In this document: positions 1 to 9,861 of the stretch, one piece after another
How the letters are laid out: each line of letters begins with the position of its first letter
How positions within the stretch are numbered: the first letter of the stretch is position 1
Program-made: the position numbers and the translations under genes
From: a phage
Strand: one strand, 5' to 3'
Length of the DNA stretch: 64,000 nucleotides
Sequence record: PZ386947.1
The notes under the pieces: model-generated
What the model was told of the DNA's origin: nothing
The model's input: only the letters and a program-made list of their open reading frames with translations
Database searches by the model: none

Positions 1-172
1 GAGCAGGTGCAGATTTAATTTTGTTCTGAATAACTTCCATTGCGTTATCAGAAAGAGACAAAACCCATGCTCGACGAATTTTATTTTGATTTTGTGGATT
101 TGATTCAGAACGCACGTGTTTTGGCTGAATATCTTTTACATCAACAGTATAATTCACAGTAATTTTAGTCAT
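1..172 (-). CDS. hypothetical protein, N-terminal part only (ORF runs off window start)
   Basis: ATG at 170-172 on minus strand, open frame to position 1 ([14 protein letters not shown]...); lies downstream of gene 46. Confidence 0.35.
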
Positions 173-181
173 AATACACCT

Positions 182-370
182 TTAATCATAATAATCAGTA
201 ACAGTCCAAGCTTCATTTCTATTGGACATTATTTTTGTATATTCTGCTTTAAATGCATTCTTAAGCATAGATTCAGTAACTATATGCTCTTCATTAGAAA
301 AATTATTTCTCAGAATATATCGTTTTATTTCAGGAATAGTTAATAGATGCTGTCCAGTTGAATATTCCAT
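182..370 (-). CDS. hypothetical small protein (62 aa)
   Basis: ORF track; same strand and tight packing with neighbours. Confidence 0.45.
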   Translation of the reverse strand: MEYSTGQHLLTIPEIKRYILRNNFSNEEHIVTESMLKNAFKAEYTKIMSNRNEAWTVTDYYD

Positions 371-425
371 GTTTTTCCTCCATAGAGATTATACTCTAAT
401 AAATTAAAGCATAATCTCTTATAAA

Positions 426-2108
426 TTAAACCATTACAGTAAATCGACCAACTTTCTTCATTTGAAGATGCTGACCATATTCTTGCGGGTCATGGTCTTT
501 ATGTGAAATTATAAAAACATTAGTGTTTTTCATTGAATTTATAATATTAGCTACACCTTTAATACCTTCGGCATCAAATGACCCATCAAACACTTCATCG
601 AGTATTAATGTACTAATACTAACACCAGATACAATAGAAGCAATATCACGCCAAGTAAATAAAAGAGCAATATCAATTCGTGCTTTTTCACCTTCACTAA
701 ATGAAGCATAACTAAAATCTTCACGACCACGGGATTTAATTGTCTCATTAAATTCTTCATCTAATGTAAACACATAATCCGCTTCCATTATTTTAAGATA
801 ATGGTTAATCTGCTTATTAAATAATGGAATGTACTTTTTAATAATAGCACCTTTAATACCAGAATCTTTGAGCATATCAGTCAAAATTCCTCGGTGGTAT
901 TTTTCCATTACTAAATTAGTTTTTGTCTTAACAATTTTATCAAGTTCTTCTTGAAGCAGTGCTATTTCATCAGCATGGTCAATAAACTCAGAAGATGCTT
1001 TTTCTATAGCCGCTTTAACTTTTTTGGCTTTATCTACCGTCGTGATTAGAGATTGCTTTTTATTGCGAATATCATTTGCCAACGACTGTTGGGTTTTAAT
1101 ATTATCTCGGTATTCATCAACAAGAACTTTTAAATTATCACGATGTGTTGAAAGCTGTTCAAACGAATGCGTACATTCAGAAACTTTATCTTTAATTTTA
1201 GAAACAACTTTATCACCGGAACTCAATTGTGACAAACAGGTTGGACATAATCCACCTTCGTGATACATATTAATGACTTTATTATACGAGTCAATTTTTG
1301 ATTTAATTAAAACTGCTTCTTGACCGATTTTATTAAATGCATCAGTCGGGTCTTCATCCAAAACAATATTAACTAATCTTTCGTTAGCTTCTTCTATTTC
1401 CGATTTTAGCGTTCTAGCTTCTTTTGCCAAATCATCATACATATTTTGCAGACGAGTAAGGTTGTCACCCGTTAATTTTTTCTGGCGTTCAACGTTATCA
1501 TTATATATTTTAATTTGTTGGATAATACTATCTTTTTTAACATCAAGCACTTGGTTCTGCGAATTTAATTCACGTATTAGTGCTTTATTAAGCTTATCCA
1601 TTTCAGCTAATGTTCCTACCTCAAGCAGGTCTTCCACAAGCTTTCTTCGCGCAGGGGTCGACAAACCCATGAAAGGGGTATACCCTGCTGTACCAAGGAC
1701 AACAATCTGCTTGAAACTGGCATATGACATTCCGATAAGCTGTTCAAATTCTGCTTGGAAATCTTTACTGCTGGCAGATTCATTAAGACGTGTACCGTTA
1801 ACGGTGATTTCGAAAACGTTTGGTTTTTGTCCTCTTTTGATATAGTACTTTTTCTCATCATATTCCATCCACAGTTCAACTAAAAGTTCTTTCTTATTTG
1901 TGCTGTTTATTAATTGACCTTTCTTTACATCACGAAATGGTTTGCCAAAAAGCCCAAATGTGATGGCTTCTAACATAGTAGACTTACCACCGCCATTTCG
2001 GCCAGTAATAAGAGTTTTTTGAACCTTATCTAATTGAATGTCAACTCCATTTTGACCAACTGACATTATATTTTTATATTTTACTCTATTAAGTTTAAAT
2101 GATTTCAT
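426..2108 (-). CDS. 46: recombination endonuclease subunit gp46 (Rad50/SbcC-like ATPase)
   Basis: 560 aa; Walker A GRNGGGKST near N-terminus, long coiled-coil middle with CPTC zinc hook, C-terminal LILDEVFDG Walker B/D-loop; length equals T4 gp46. Confidence 0.93.
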   Translation of the reverse strand: MKSFKLNRVKYKNIMSVGQNGVDIQLDKVQKTLITGRNGGGKSTMLEAITFGLFGKPFRDVKKGQLINSTNKKELLVELWMEYDEKKYYIKRGQKPNVFEITVNGTRLNESASSKDFQAEFEQLIGMSYASFKQIVVLGTAGYTPFMGLSTPARRKLVEDLLEVGTLAEMDKLNKALIRELNSQNQVLDVKKDSIIQQIKIYNDNVERQKKLTGDNLTRLQNMYDDLAKEARTLKSEIEEANERLVNIVLDEDPTDAFNKIGQEAVLIKSKIDSYNKVINMYHEGGLCPTCLSQLSSGDKVVSKIKDKVSECTHSFEQLSTHRDNLKVLVDEYRDNIKTQQSLANDIRNKKQSLITTVDKAKKVKAAIEKASSEFIDHADEIALLQEELDKIVKTKTNLVMEKYHRGILTDMLKDSGIKGAIIKKYIPLFNKQINHYLKIMEADYVFTLDEEFNETIKSRGREDFSYASFSEGEKARIDIALLFTWRDIASIVSGVSISTLILDEVFDGSFDAEGIKGVANIINSMKNTNVFIISHKDHDPQEYGQHLQMKKVGRFTVMV

Positions 2109-2123
2109 TTTGTATCCAATTGT

Positions 2124-2978
2124 TCACAATGAAGAAAATTCTTTAACTAAAGCCTGTAATGAAGCCTCTATTGGATATCCATTCTTAACTAACATTTTCC
2201 TAAACATTACATGTTTAGGACGATTATATGATATCCACAATTCATACAATTTATCTTTATTATCCCAATGATAGCCTTTTCGTCGAGATGCTATATGAGC
2301 TTTTCTAATCTCCGGATTTTTCCAACTAGCAGCTACTGAATTTGATATAGCTATTTTATATTCAGGTTTTGATAAAGCAGCACGAACAGCCTTTTGGTGT
2401 TTAATTTTATTTTCTTCGTTATTAAACCATTCCCTTGAAGCCATTGAAATTTTTTGTTTTGTTTTAAAATTATTTAATCTTTCTTTATTATCTTTCCTAT
2501 TTTTTGCTACTGAAAAATATTTTAATGCCCTTTCTCTAGCAGCATTTCTATTTTGCGGATTTGAATAATACTGTTGAAGCCTTTTTGATATTGTGTCACT
2601 TACATCTTGTTTTATAAAACTATATTCAGCAGCTATTAAATCAACTTCGGCTAAAGATAAATTTTTATATGTTTTTCCTGACATCATTCTATTTAAAGCA
2701 TTTAGCATTTTTCCATTTTTACCTTTTGCTAATAAGAAGTGTGCTTTAAAATGATTAAAATGACTTAAATTAACTAAATTCCATGTAGATTTTAAATATT
2801 CAGGAAATATTGATTTAGGAAGCACGTGGTGTGCTTCCGTTTTACCTGGAGTTTTAACAGTTGAATTCACAGAAATAAAATTAATGTAAGACTTGGCGTC
2901 TTCTTCACTCAACGCTAATTTTTCAACTAATTCCTTTATTAAAAATTCATCATTAATGTCAAGTTTAAAATTCTTCAC
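2124..2978 (-). CDS. HNH-family homing endonuclease (Mob-like)
   Basis: 284 aa; motif AHHVLPKSIFPEY...VNLSHFNHFKAHFLLAK; C-terminal region resembles ORF 22854-23633; GTG start, first codons duplicate the neighbour gene start. Confidence 0.75.
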   Translation of the reverse strand: MKNFKLDINDEFLIKELVEKLALSEEDAKSYINFISVNSTVKTPGKTEAHHVLPKSIFPEYLKSTWNLVNLSHFNHFKAHFLLAKGKNGKMLNALNRMMSGKTYKNLSLAEVDLIAAEYSFIKQDVSDTISKRLQQYYSNPQNRNAARERALKYFSVAKNRKDNKERLNNFKTKQKISMASREWFNNEENKIKHQKAVRAALSKPEYKIAISNSVAASWKNPEIRKAHIASRRKGYHWDNKDKLYELWISYNRPKHVMFRKMLVKNGYPIEASLQALVKEFSSL

Positions 2979-3190
2979 AAAAGATTCCTTTTAATGTATC
3001 TTTTAGACCATTCTATCATATCATCATAATCTAAAAAGTATTCATCAAATTCAGCCATGCAAACAACGCCTTGTGCTGCTTTTGATGTGATATAAATTAT
3101 TCCAACATATCTAGAATCTTCTTCGGTGTAATCAATATTTGCTATGAATTCATCATTAATGTCAAATGTCGAAAACTTCACAGTATGCAT
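2975..3190 (-). CDS. hypothetical small protein (46.1-like position)
   Basis: ORF track 2975-3238 trimmed to internal ATG (MHTVKFSTFDINDEF...) to resolve overlap with upstream ORF. Confidence 0.45.
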   Translation of the reverse strand: MHTVKFSTFDINDEFIANIDYTEEDSRYVGIIYITSKAAQGVVCMAEFDEYFLDYDDMIEWSKRYIKRNLL

Positions 3191-3425
3191 CCTTAATACA
3201 AGATACAGCCATATCTCGTAATGATTTAGGTGTGTCATTATCTAAAATGTTGAAGTTAAAAGATACAGCCCAGTCAGTGCAGACTGTAACCTTTTTAATA
3301 CAATTATCTTCAACCTCTAGCGGTTCAAACCAATATTCAATAATTTCTTTATGACCAATATCATCTTTTACTTCGCATTCAAAATGCTGACTCATCATAA
3401 CATTTTTAAATTCATCAAAAGTCAT
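3162..3425 (-). CDS. hypothetical small protein
   Basis: ORF track; 87 aa; start overlaps the gene 47 stop. Confidence 0.5.
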   Translation of the reverse strand: MTFDEFKNVMMSQHFECEVKDDIGHKEIIEYWFEPLEVEDNCIKKVTVCTDWAVSFNFNILDNDTPKSLRDMAVSCIKDAYCEVFDI

Positions 3426-4441
3426 TGTGTTGCCTCTACATATAGCTGATTCGCATATTGAATAAGTGCTTCACGGTCAGAATCAGTGATGTCTGGAATT
3501 GCATTAATGTATTCTTCCATCAACGTCTGAAGAGATTGAACTTCAACTTCTTCACTTTCATCTGACTCGACAGAGTTATCAATTTTTGACACAACTCGTA
3601 ATGAATGCACAACTTTTTCTAGTTCAGATTCGAACTTCGTCAGATTTTTGTCTACCTCAGTTACTATAACACGTACTGATAGATTTGTAAAATCTTTATA
3701 GTCAATTTTTCCTTTAAATGGATAATGAATTCTACGATGCCAGGTAGTATTGTTTGGAATAAATTCCATTCGTTCTGTTTCTGTATCAAACATCCAGAAC
3801 CCACGAGGGTCATTCTCGTCACCTGCAGTTAGTGTCCATGGTGTCCCAATATATCTGACGTTAGCAGCCTCAGAGATAGTATGGAAGTGACCAGACCACA
3901 CCTCTTTATAAGTCTTAAGGAAATCAGGTTCAAGACCGTGAGATTTCATTCCTTTATAAAAATAAAATCCATTCAGCTCCCAGTGACCAACACAAAAAGA
4001 AGCAGATGAAGTTTTGATGTGTTCAAGAATTTCACCAGTATTTTCTTCACACATCCAAGGAATTAAATCAATCAAACATCCGTCAAAATCTACTGTAGTA
4101 GGCTTATCATACACTTTAACATTAGGATATTTAGCCAAAAGCTCAGTAGAGGCATTTGGAGTTAAAGTATTTTTAAAGTGCATATCATGGTTTCCTACAA
4201 CAGTATGTAGGGTAATACCAGCATCATCAAGCATTTGAACTATTTCACGAGCGAACTCCATAGTTTTATGTGTGATTGCTTTTCGCACATCAAAAATATC
4301 ACCATATTGAATCCATACAGTAATTCCATTTTTCTTAGAATATTCTATCGCTTGCTTAATTCCATCAATTTGAATACCGCGAATCCACTCATCATCGGCT
4401 TTAACGCCTAAATGCCAATCACCTAAATTTAAAATTTTCAT
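3422..4441 (-). CDS. 47: recombination endonuclease subunit gp47 (Mre11/SbcD-like phosphoesterase)
   Basis: 339 aa; calcineurin-like phosphoesterase motifs (LGDWHLG, GDIFD, GNHD, GHWE, GHFH); length equals T4 gp47. Confidence 0.93.
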   Translation of the reverse strand: MKILNLGDWHLGVKADDEWIRGIQIDGIKQAIEYSKKNGITVWIQYGDIFDVRKAITHKTMEFAREIVQMLDDAGITLHTVVGNHDMHFKNTLTPNASTELLAKYPNVKVYDKPTTVDFDGCLIDLIPWMCEENTGEILEHIKTSSASFCVGHWELNGFYFYKGMKSHGLEPDFLKTYKEVWSGHFHTISEAANVRYIGTPWTLTAGDENDPRGFWMFDTETERMEFIPNNTTWHRRIHYPFKGKIDYKDFTNLSVRVIVTEVDKNLTKFESELEKVVHSLRVVSKIDNSVESDESEEVEVQSLQTLMEEYINAIPDITDSDREALIQYANQLYVEATQ

Positions 4442-4601
4442 ATATCAAGAACCGTCATTGAAATGCAAAATAAAATTATTGAAATAAACCCATCTGGTGT
4501 GCTAAAGAACCCAATCCAACATGCTCTAGTGAATAGATAAAATGCAAGAAAAAGTATCACATATCCAAGAAATATCATTATATCAAACTCCGTATAAAGC
4601 T

Positions 4602-4619
4602 AAAGGGCCGAAGCCCTTT
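4602..4619 (-). terminator. tetraloop hairpin (GGGC-UUCG-GCCC on minus strand) at the 3' end of a-gt
   Basis: plus sequence aaagggccgaagcccttt; overlaps the a-gt stop codon. Confidence 0.35.
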
Positions 4620-5820
4620 ATTTTGTAATAATGTCAAACTGTTCTTTAAAGCAGAAGCTTGAATCTTGATGCTGATACAAAAATTCATATGCTTTTTCTC
4701 GCTCACGGTCATAAAGAGCTCGGTCAGATGACAGTTCTTTAATACGTTCAAATGTTGATTCCATATCATTTTCATCAAACCAAATGATACCGCTATCATG
4801 CGAGGTCAAAGGAGTATTATCAACACGGAATTTTAAATTTTCGCCAGTAGATTTCCAAAATACCGGAATTGTTCCACATGCACCAAGCTCGAGATGAGTA
4901 TATTCTAAAGAACGTTGTAGATATTTTTTATCCAACTTACTCAACTGATAACCAAATCCGGATTTACTCATACGTTCAAGCATTTCGCTATTTACATAAC
5001 GGTCAAGAATTTGCGTTGGCAAATTAGGAGCAATTTTAATTTGGTCTACTTGATGAAGACGATAATACTCGTATGGAATTCCTTTTTCTTTAATAGGAAT
5101 GAACGCTGGAGAACGTTCCAGACCTTCCATAATAGTACTTAGTCCTGCAGGTTTAAGATGTTTTTCGTGAAAATCAAACATCTGATAAAAACCTTTCCAT
5201 GTAGTCGTACGACCAATCCAACGGTTGATATTCATGTTAATTTCAGAAACATCTTTCCAGTAGGTTGACCGAACCTTCGCAATATCCATAGGAGGCTGAA
5301 AGTTATATACTGTCGGTGCTTCTTCAATATCATCAAACAGAGAAACTGTTTCTGGATACCATTCTTTCATCAGAACTTTATTAAAATCGCCATTATCAGA
5401 ATGACTAAAAATAACATCAGCTCGACGAACAGTTTCTTCTAATCCCAAATTTCGGCGCAAAGAAAGAGAAGAATGGTCATGTTGATAAACTACAACACGA
5501 ACAGAAGGTTTAATGTTATCAATAATTTTTTTATAGTTATTAATAGTGTCTTCTTCAACCGAAGTAGCAGGAACTGAATTGATAATTAGAATATCACAAT
5601 CATTTACCAGCTTAAGTGTTTTATCATATTCTTTTGCCAATAAAACCGGAATTGAAAATGATTTATAATCATGCGCGCAATTACGAGTAAATGATTTATC
5701 TTTAGCATAAACCAAAGTTACTTCATGACCATTTTTAATAAACCAATCACGTTGCTCAAGAGAAAATTTAGTTACACCACAACCTTCAAGACCTCGAGCC
5801 ATAAAAATACATACTTTCAT
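4618..5820 (-). CDS. a-gt: DNA alpha-glucosyltransferase
   Basis: 400 aa; near-identical in recalled sequence to T4 AGT (MRxCIFMARGLEGCGVTKFSLEQRDWFIKNGHEVTLVYAKDKSF...). Confidence 0.93.
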   Translation of the reverse strand: MKVCIFMARGLEGCGVTKFSLEQRDWFIKNGHEVTLVYAKDKSFTRNCAHDYKSFSIPVLLAKEYDKTLKLVNDCDILIINSVPATSVEEDTINNYKKIIDNIKPSVRVVVYQHDHSSLSLRRNLGLEETVRRADVIFSHSDNGDFNKVLMKEWYPETVSLFDDIEEAPTVYNFQPPMDIAKVRSTYWKDVSEINMNINRWIGRTTTWKGFYQMFDFHEKHLKPAGLSTIMEGLERSPAFIPIKEKGIPYEYYRLHQVDQIKIAPNLPTQILDRYVNSEMLERMSKSGFGYQLSKLDKKYLQRSLEYTHLELGACGTIPVFWKSTGENLKFRVDNTPLTSHDSGIIWFDENDMESTFERIKELSSDRALYDREREKAYEFLYQHQDSSFCFKEQFDIITK

Positions 5821-5870
5821 TTAATATCCTCTTTGTTTTGGTTTATTTTACCAAAAATTTATAAAGCAAT

Positions 5871-5890
5871 ATAGGAGCCGAAGCTCCTAT
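5871..5890 (-). terminator. tetraloop hairpin (GGAGC-UUCG-GCUCC)
   Basis: plus sequence ataggagccgaagctcctat, upstream of a-gt. Confidence 0.3.
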
Positions 5891-6060
5891 CCACATAATA
5901 CGCCATACAGAGACTCGTTAGAACTTTTAAATTTTATGCGCTTATATGTTATAGTTCCTTCTGCTTTAGCTTTATCATGAGACTCTTTAAAGCGTCTCAT
6001 CATTTCCTCTTTAGAGGAACGAATTTTATTATAATCTATTTCAGAAGTCTGGATGTTCAT
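5887..6060 (-). CDS. hypothetical small protein (57 aa)
   Basis: hand-translated ORF MNIQTSEIDYNKIRSSKEEMMRRFKESHDKAKAEG...; below ORF-track size cutoff. Confidence 0.3.
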   Translation of the reverse strand: MNIQTSEIDYNKIRSSKEEMMRRFKESHDKAKAEGTITYKRIKFKSSNESLYGVLCG

Positions 6061-6063
6061 CTT

Positions 6064-6270
6064 TCACAGTTGCCACCATTTTTTGACTTGATAAGAATCA
6101 ACCCACACTTTCATATTAGGGTCTGCTCTTACAATAGGAGGATTAACTTCTTTAATTGAACTATCATGGTATTCTTTTTCAGAAATTTTCACACAAAGAT
6201 GACCATTCAAAGATTCAGTAAATCCTGCATTAATTTTAAGACGCTTGAATTTTACGTGTGTAAGCATCAA
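6064..6270 (-). CDS. hypothetical protein (68 aa)
   Basis: ORF track. Confidence 0.45.
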   Translation of the reverse strand: MMLTHVKFKRLKINAGFTESLNGHLCVKISEKEYHDSSIKEVNPPIVRADPNMKVWVDSYQVKKWWQL

Positions 6271-6553
6271 TCATATCCTCAATTTGCGATCTAGTAGTCT
6301 TCCAAAGAATACTGATGAGTTCATCGTTATATGGCTGTTTTAGAATATCCCGACTTTTCTTGATAGCATATTCGTATTGAGCAAAATTATTGTTTTCAGC
6401 TGCGATCTGAGCGTGCTTATAAAGACGATTCAGTTCGCGTTTGTTTTTAGACAATAACTTATTTGCTTTTCTTTCTGCTTCAAGACGGTTCTTTTCTTCA
6501 ATAGAAGAAATAAGCTTTTCCACTTCATCATTAATTTCGGGTTTATCAGTCAT
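6236..6553 (-). CDS. hypothetical protein (105 aa)
   Basis: ORF track; charged, helical-looking sequence. Confidence 0.5.
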   Translation of the reverse strand: MTDKPEINDEVEKLISSIEEKNRLEAERKANKLLSKNKRELNRLYKHAQIAAENNNFAQYEYAIKKSRDILKQPYNDELISILWKTTRSQIEDMIDAYTRKIQAS

Positions 6554-6554
6554 A

Positions 6555-6773
6555 TTATTTCTCTAATATAAAATAAAAATCATCATCTGTTAAATGATAC
6601 CTGTAATTTAATTCTACACCATTAGATTTAAAAGCGGTATCATACGGATTTTCTGGATCAATATCAATGTCAAGAGCTAAAACTTCCCTGAGATACATTT
6701 TAAGTAAATAGGGAATAGCTTCAACTTCAGGTATTTCTTCCAAGAATCCGGAGAGGTTAATCGTTAGCCTCAT
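6555..6773 (-). CDS. hypothetical protein (72 aa)
   Basis: ORF track. Confidence 0.5.
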
Positions 6774-7314
6774 ATAAAAAATCCAAACTAGGAGAATCGT
6801 CTACAACACTTTTCTTTTCAGCCCCCGGTGTTCTATAGGTTGATTCTTCGTAATGCGTCATTTTATCGTAAATGTCTTGAATAAAAGTTTCATCTACTAA
6901 CGCAACCATATCGTCGTCACGGCTGTCATAGACATTGTGAACGAAGTAACTATATTTCTTTGCAACTTCCTTACGTTCTTTTTTAATACGTTGGACGAAT
7001 GCATTAAAACAAGCTTGAGTTATATACGCATGTGGGTTTTTATATTTCGTTTCATCAAAATTATGAAGCCCCTTAATAGAAGCTTCTATACCATCTGCAA
7101 TCATTTCTTGTTTCCAAGACTGGGTGTATCCTGAAAAGTTGAAACGTTTAGATAAGCCTTCTGCAATAAGCATAATGGCTAATCCGATAGTATCATTCTG
7201 ACGAACTACTTTATTTGGGTCTTTATTATTTGCTAATTCTGTTTTCCAATCAATAATAGCTTGTAAAAGCTCTTTATTGTTTACGTAATTATATTTAGGC
7301 TTAGTTTCTGACAT
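6757..7314 (-). CDS. 55: late-transcription sigma factor gp55
   Basis: starts [24 protein letters not shown]...; 185 aa from second ATG, matching T4 gp55. Confidence 0.9.
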
Positions 7315-7392
7315 TTTCACCTCTTAGCTCAATTCATAGATCTATTATATCATAATATTTGAAGATCTATCTTAAAGCATAGAGGATATCAG

Positions 7393-7662
7393 TTATCTAA
7401 GTAAACAGTATGCTTGGAACACTTTATCCATCATCTTTTTAAATTCATGAATATCTATATAATGACTAGTTAGATCAGCATGATATAAAAAGTCTAAAAA
7501 CTTTTCATGTGTACTAACATATTCACTTTCATTTAATTCAGAAACATGACTTTCCCAATATCCAACACCAGTCTTATTTGGGAAAAATGAAATTTTCATG
7601 TATTGGTCAACATAGAAAATGCCATAATTTTCAATAGTAATAGAAATATTAATAAATTTCAT
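7393..7662 (-). CDS. hypothetical protein (89 aa)
   Basis: ORF track. Confidence 0.45.
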   Translation of the reverse strand: MKFINISITIENYGIFYVDQYMKISFFPNKTGVGYWESHVSELNESEYVSTHEKFLDFLYHADLTSHYIDIHEFKKMMDKVFQAYCLLR

Positions 7663-7880
7663 ACATTCATCAACTTAGCCGCTTCAAGAGCTGCATCTAG
7701 TGAATCAAATTGATCAACATATTCAATCAATTCGCCGTAATTGGCATATAACCACCATTGGCTAAATTCATACTCAAGGATGAATCCGTTTCCTTCAATT
7801 TGAGTTAAACCAATGCCATTTGTATTTACTTCATATCCGGCAAGACGCAAATCGTTAATAAGAGCTTCGTTCATATTCAT
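7659..7880 (-). CDS. hypothetical protein (73 aa)
   Basis: ORF track. Confidence 0.45.
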   Translation of the reverse strand: MNMNEALINDLRLAGYEVNTNGIGLTQIEGNGFILEYEFSQWWLYANYGELIEYVDQFDSLDAALEAAKLMNV

Positions 7881-8203
7881 ACCTTAGCAATTTTCAGGTC
7901 TGCAAATTTTTTCTTGCGTTGATTTTTCATGCGACGAATAGTTTTATCGGAAATTTCATGCTTTTGATAAGCTTTAGATTCTACGCCAAAAGCTTTAACA
8001 TCAAATTCCGACAAGATATATTGAACCAGCAATTCACGGACAGTATTACGTCCAATCTTCTGATCATTCTGTTTCATCGTCTGATGAAGCTCTTTTTCCC
8101 ATTTATCCAAAATTTGAGGAGTTACAATATCGCCTTTTTCTAACAAAGAAACTACTTTATCATATGCGTAAGAATTGATGGCGTTTTTAATTTGAATAGT
8201 CAT
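7877..8203 (-). CDS. hypothetical protein (108 aa)
   Basis: ORF track. Confidence 0.5.
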   Translation of the reverse strand: MTIQIKNAINSYAYDKVVSLLEKGDIVTPQILDKWEKELHQTMKQNDQKIGRNTVRELLVQYILSEFDVKAFGVESKAYQKHEISDKTIRRMKNQRKKKFADLKIAKV

Positions 8204-8241
8204 ACATTATCCTCAATTACGTTAAAATTTTATTATCCAAA

Positions 8242-8257
8242 AAGGGCCGAAGCCCTT
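8242..8257 (-). terminator. tetraloop hairpin (GGGC-UUCG-GCCC)
   Basis: plus sequence aagggccgaagccctt, same motif as 4602-4619. Confidence 0.3.
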
Positions 8258-8456
8258 AGCTAAACTTTTTGGCACCCTTCCAGCCTTCATACATCATTGC
8301 GGCTGATATTAATATTGCTCCTGAGCAACTTGAATATTTGTGATTCCAAAACCAGTTTAGAAAAACTTCATCATCAATACCTTGGGCTATCATATTTTCA
8401 AAGAACTGACGACGAGATTCGGCAATTCGTTGTGATAATTTAGATTCAGGATTCAT
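8256..8456 (-). CDS. hypothetical protein (66 aa)
   Basis: ORF track. Confidence 0.45.
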   Translation of the reverse strand: MNPESKLSQRIAESRRQFFENMIAQGIDDEVFLNWFWNHKYSSCSGAILISAAMMYEGWKGAKKFS

Positions 8457-8672
8457 TTAAATTTTCCAGTTACCGTTTTCATCAATAAATTTAATCCAGT
8501 CATTTACTGACCACTTAGTTGTATCGCCTTTTGGAGTAGCATTTAAAGTATATAGTCCTTGCTTAAAAAGCATTCGTTTGATATTCATATTTTCCTCAGC
8601 TATAACGATAACACTCGTTTGATTTACGTTTAGCAACTCGTTGAGAAGTATTATAATCAAAATCATCGTCAA
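8457..8672 (-). CDS. hypothetical small protein (possibly shorter, start at 8588)
   Basis: ORF track; N-terminal part overlaps next ORF in another frame, internal ATG MNIKRMLF more likely. Confidence 0.35.
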   Translation of the reverse strand: MTMILIIILLNELLNVNQTSVIVIAEENMNIKRMLFKQGLYTLNATPKGDTTKWSVNDWIKFIDENGNWKI

Positions 8673-8889
8673 TGTAAACAGATTTTTTCAACTTTCTTAC
8701 TTCGCCGCGTAATTGACGATTTAGCTCATCTTTAACTTCTGAATCAATACCTTTCATTCTACGCCATTTATCTGAGCGAAAAATGTTTTCAACCATATCT
8801 TTATGACTTACACCATCAGGAGCTTTACGCTTTCCGAAATAGTCATAATCACGCACTTTTAAGTCTTTACGACGATACGTTTTACCCAT
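8596..8889 (-). CDS. hypothetical basic protein
   Basis: ORF track 8596-8934 trimmed to ATG MGKTYRRKDLK... Confidence 0.4.
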   Translation of the reverse strand: MGKTYRRKDLKVRDYDYFGKRKAPDGVSHKDMVENIFRSDKWRRMKGIDSEVKDELNRQLRGEVRKLKKSVYIDDDFDYNTSQRVAKRKSNECYRYS

Positions 8890-9064
8890 GGAGTTTAATT
8901 TCCTTAGCAACTGAACTAAATACAGCACGATCACAAATCATACGTTTATGTAACTTGAGTATAATATAGCAAACTTCAAAACTATTTACATGAGTAACAC
9001 GAACAGCATTACCATTAATGAGATAATACTGTCCCTTTTTAATTTCTTTATCAACCACAACCAT
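8882..9064 (-). CDS. hypothetical small protein (60 aa)
   Basis: ORF track; early promoter immediately upstream. Confidence 0.45.
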   Translation of the reverse strand: MVVVDKEIKKGQYYLINGNAVRVTHVNSFEVCYIILKLHKRMICDRAVFSSVAKEIKLHG

Positions 9065-9092
9065 ATCAATTCCTCAAAGGTAATTCATATGT

Positions 9093-9125
9093 TAATAATA
9101 CCACGGTTTGAACTTGTTGTAAACA
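9093..9125 (-). promoter_or_regulatory. T4-type early promoter (GTTTAC -35, 18 nt spacer, TATTAT -10)
   Basis: minus strand reads aaagttGTTTACaacaagttcaaaccgtggTATTATtaac. Confidence 0.55.
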
Positions 9126-9203
9126 ACTTTGTGAAAATTATTTTAGGGAATGATAAGAAAGGAACGATAGCTTAGAATGGTAATATACAGAATGTGAGAA
9201 AGA

Positions 9204-9220
9204 AAGGCCCAGAGGGCCCG
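9204..9220 (-). terminator. GC-rich hairpin followed by U-rich tract, downstream of nrdH
   Basis: plus sequence ggcccagagggcc; minus strand hairpin then tttctttc. Confidence 0.4.
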
Positions 9221-9222
9221 TC

Positions 9223-9531
9223 TTAATCTTCTATGATATCTCTATCATATCCAAGTGAAATGAGAGTTTCTTTGAAGTGTTTAATGTTCTTTTGTCTAGA
9301 ATCATTAATGAAAATGACTGGATAACGAATGTTAAGAGATGTGAATCCAGCGCGTTTAGCAAGAGATACAATCAGTGGACGATCATACTCAATCTTACCG
9401 TTATTTGTAAGAACTTTATAGAAAGTAAAAGGAGCATTGAGCTCCTTTAGAAGTTTTGTAACTGATTGACATCCAGGACAACGACCTACTTCATCTGGAA
9501 TTCCATAGACTTCAATCTTATTTTGTTTCAC
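9223..9531 (-). CDS. nrdH: glutaredoxin-like redoxin
   Basis: 102 aa; CPGC redox motif; sits next to nrdG/nrdD as in T4. Confidence 0.65.
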   Translation of the reverse strand: MKQNKIEVYGIPDEVGRCPGCQSVTKLLKELNAPFTFYKVLTNNGKIEYDRPLIVSLAKRAGFTSLNIRYPVIFINDSRQKNIKHFKETLISLGYDRDIIED

Positions 9532-9533
9532 AA

Positions 9534-9746
9534 CTATTCCTTACTAAGAGCAGCATTCAGCTTGTTAGTAATTTTATCCAGACGCTCATTGAACTCACTA
9601 GAAGATAAGCCTTTTTCTGGAGAAATTAAGCTAATCACGAAAAATACAACAATAAAAGGAATAAGGAAAATAGCTCCAACTGCCATAAACAGAAAGAATG
9701 TTACAGTTGTAAGAAAATCAGCTAAACCTTTACGAAATTTATACAT
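9534..9746 (-). CDS. small membrane protein
   Basis: 70 aa; single long hydrophobic segment. Confidence 0.5.
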   Translation of the reverse strand: MYKFRKGLADFLTTVTFFLFMAVGAIFLIPFIVVFFVISLISPEKGLSSSEFNERLDKITNKLNAALSKE

Positions 9747-9861
9747 ATTTTACCCTTAATTGATTAACCAAGCATTGATAAGCACTAAACTATACTGCGA
9801 ATAAAATTCTGGACCAAAATGAAAAATCATATCATTTATAGTATCCATAATGTAATTCAAT

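Noticed and set aside
523-1845. Plus-strand ORFs (523-711, 1024-1263, 1462-1845) and minus-strand ORF 1616-1879
   Set aside because: All lie inside the gene 46 coding region, which has a confident Rad50-like product; they are antisense or out-of-frame shadows.
4578-4799. Minus-strand ORF of 73 aa overlapping the a-gt 3' end
   Set aside because: Alternative frame of the a-gt C-terminal region; a-gt matches T4 AGT across its length.
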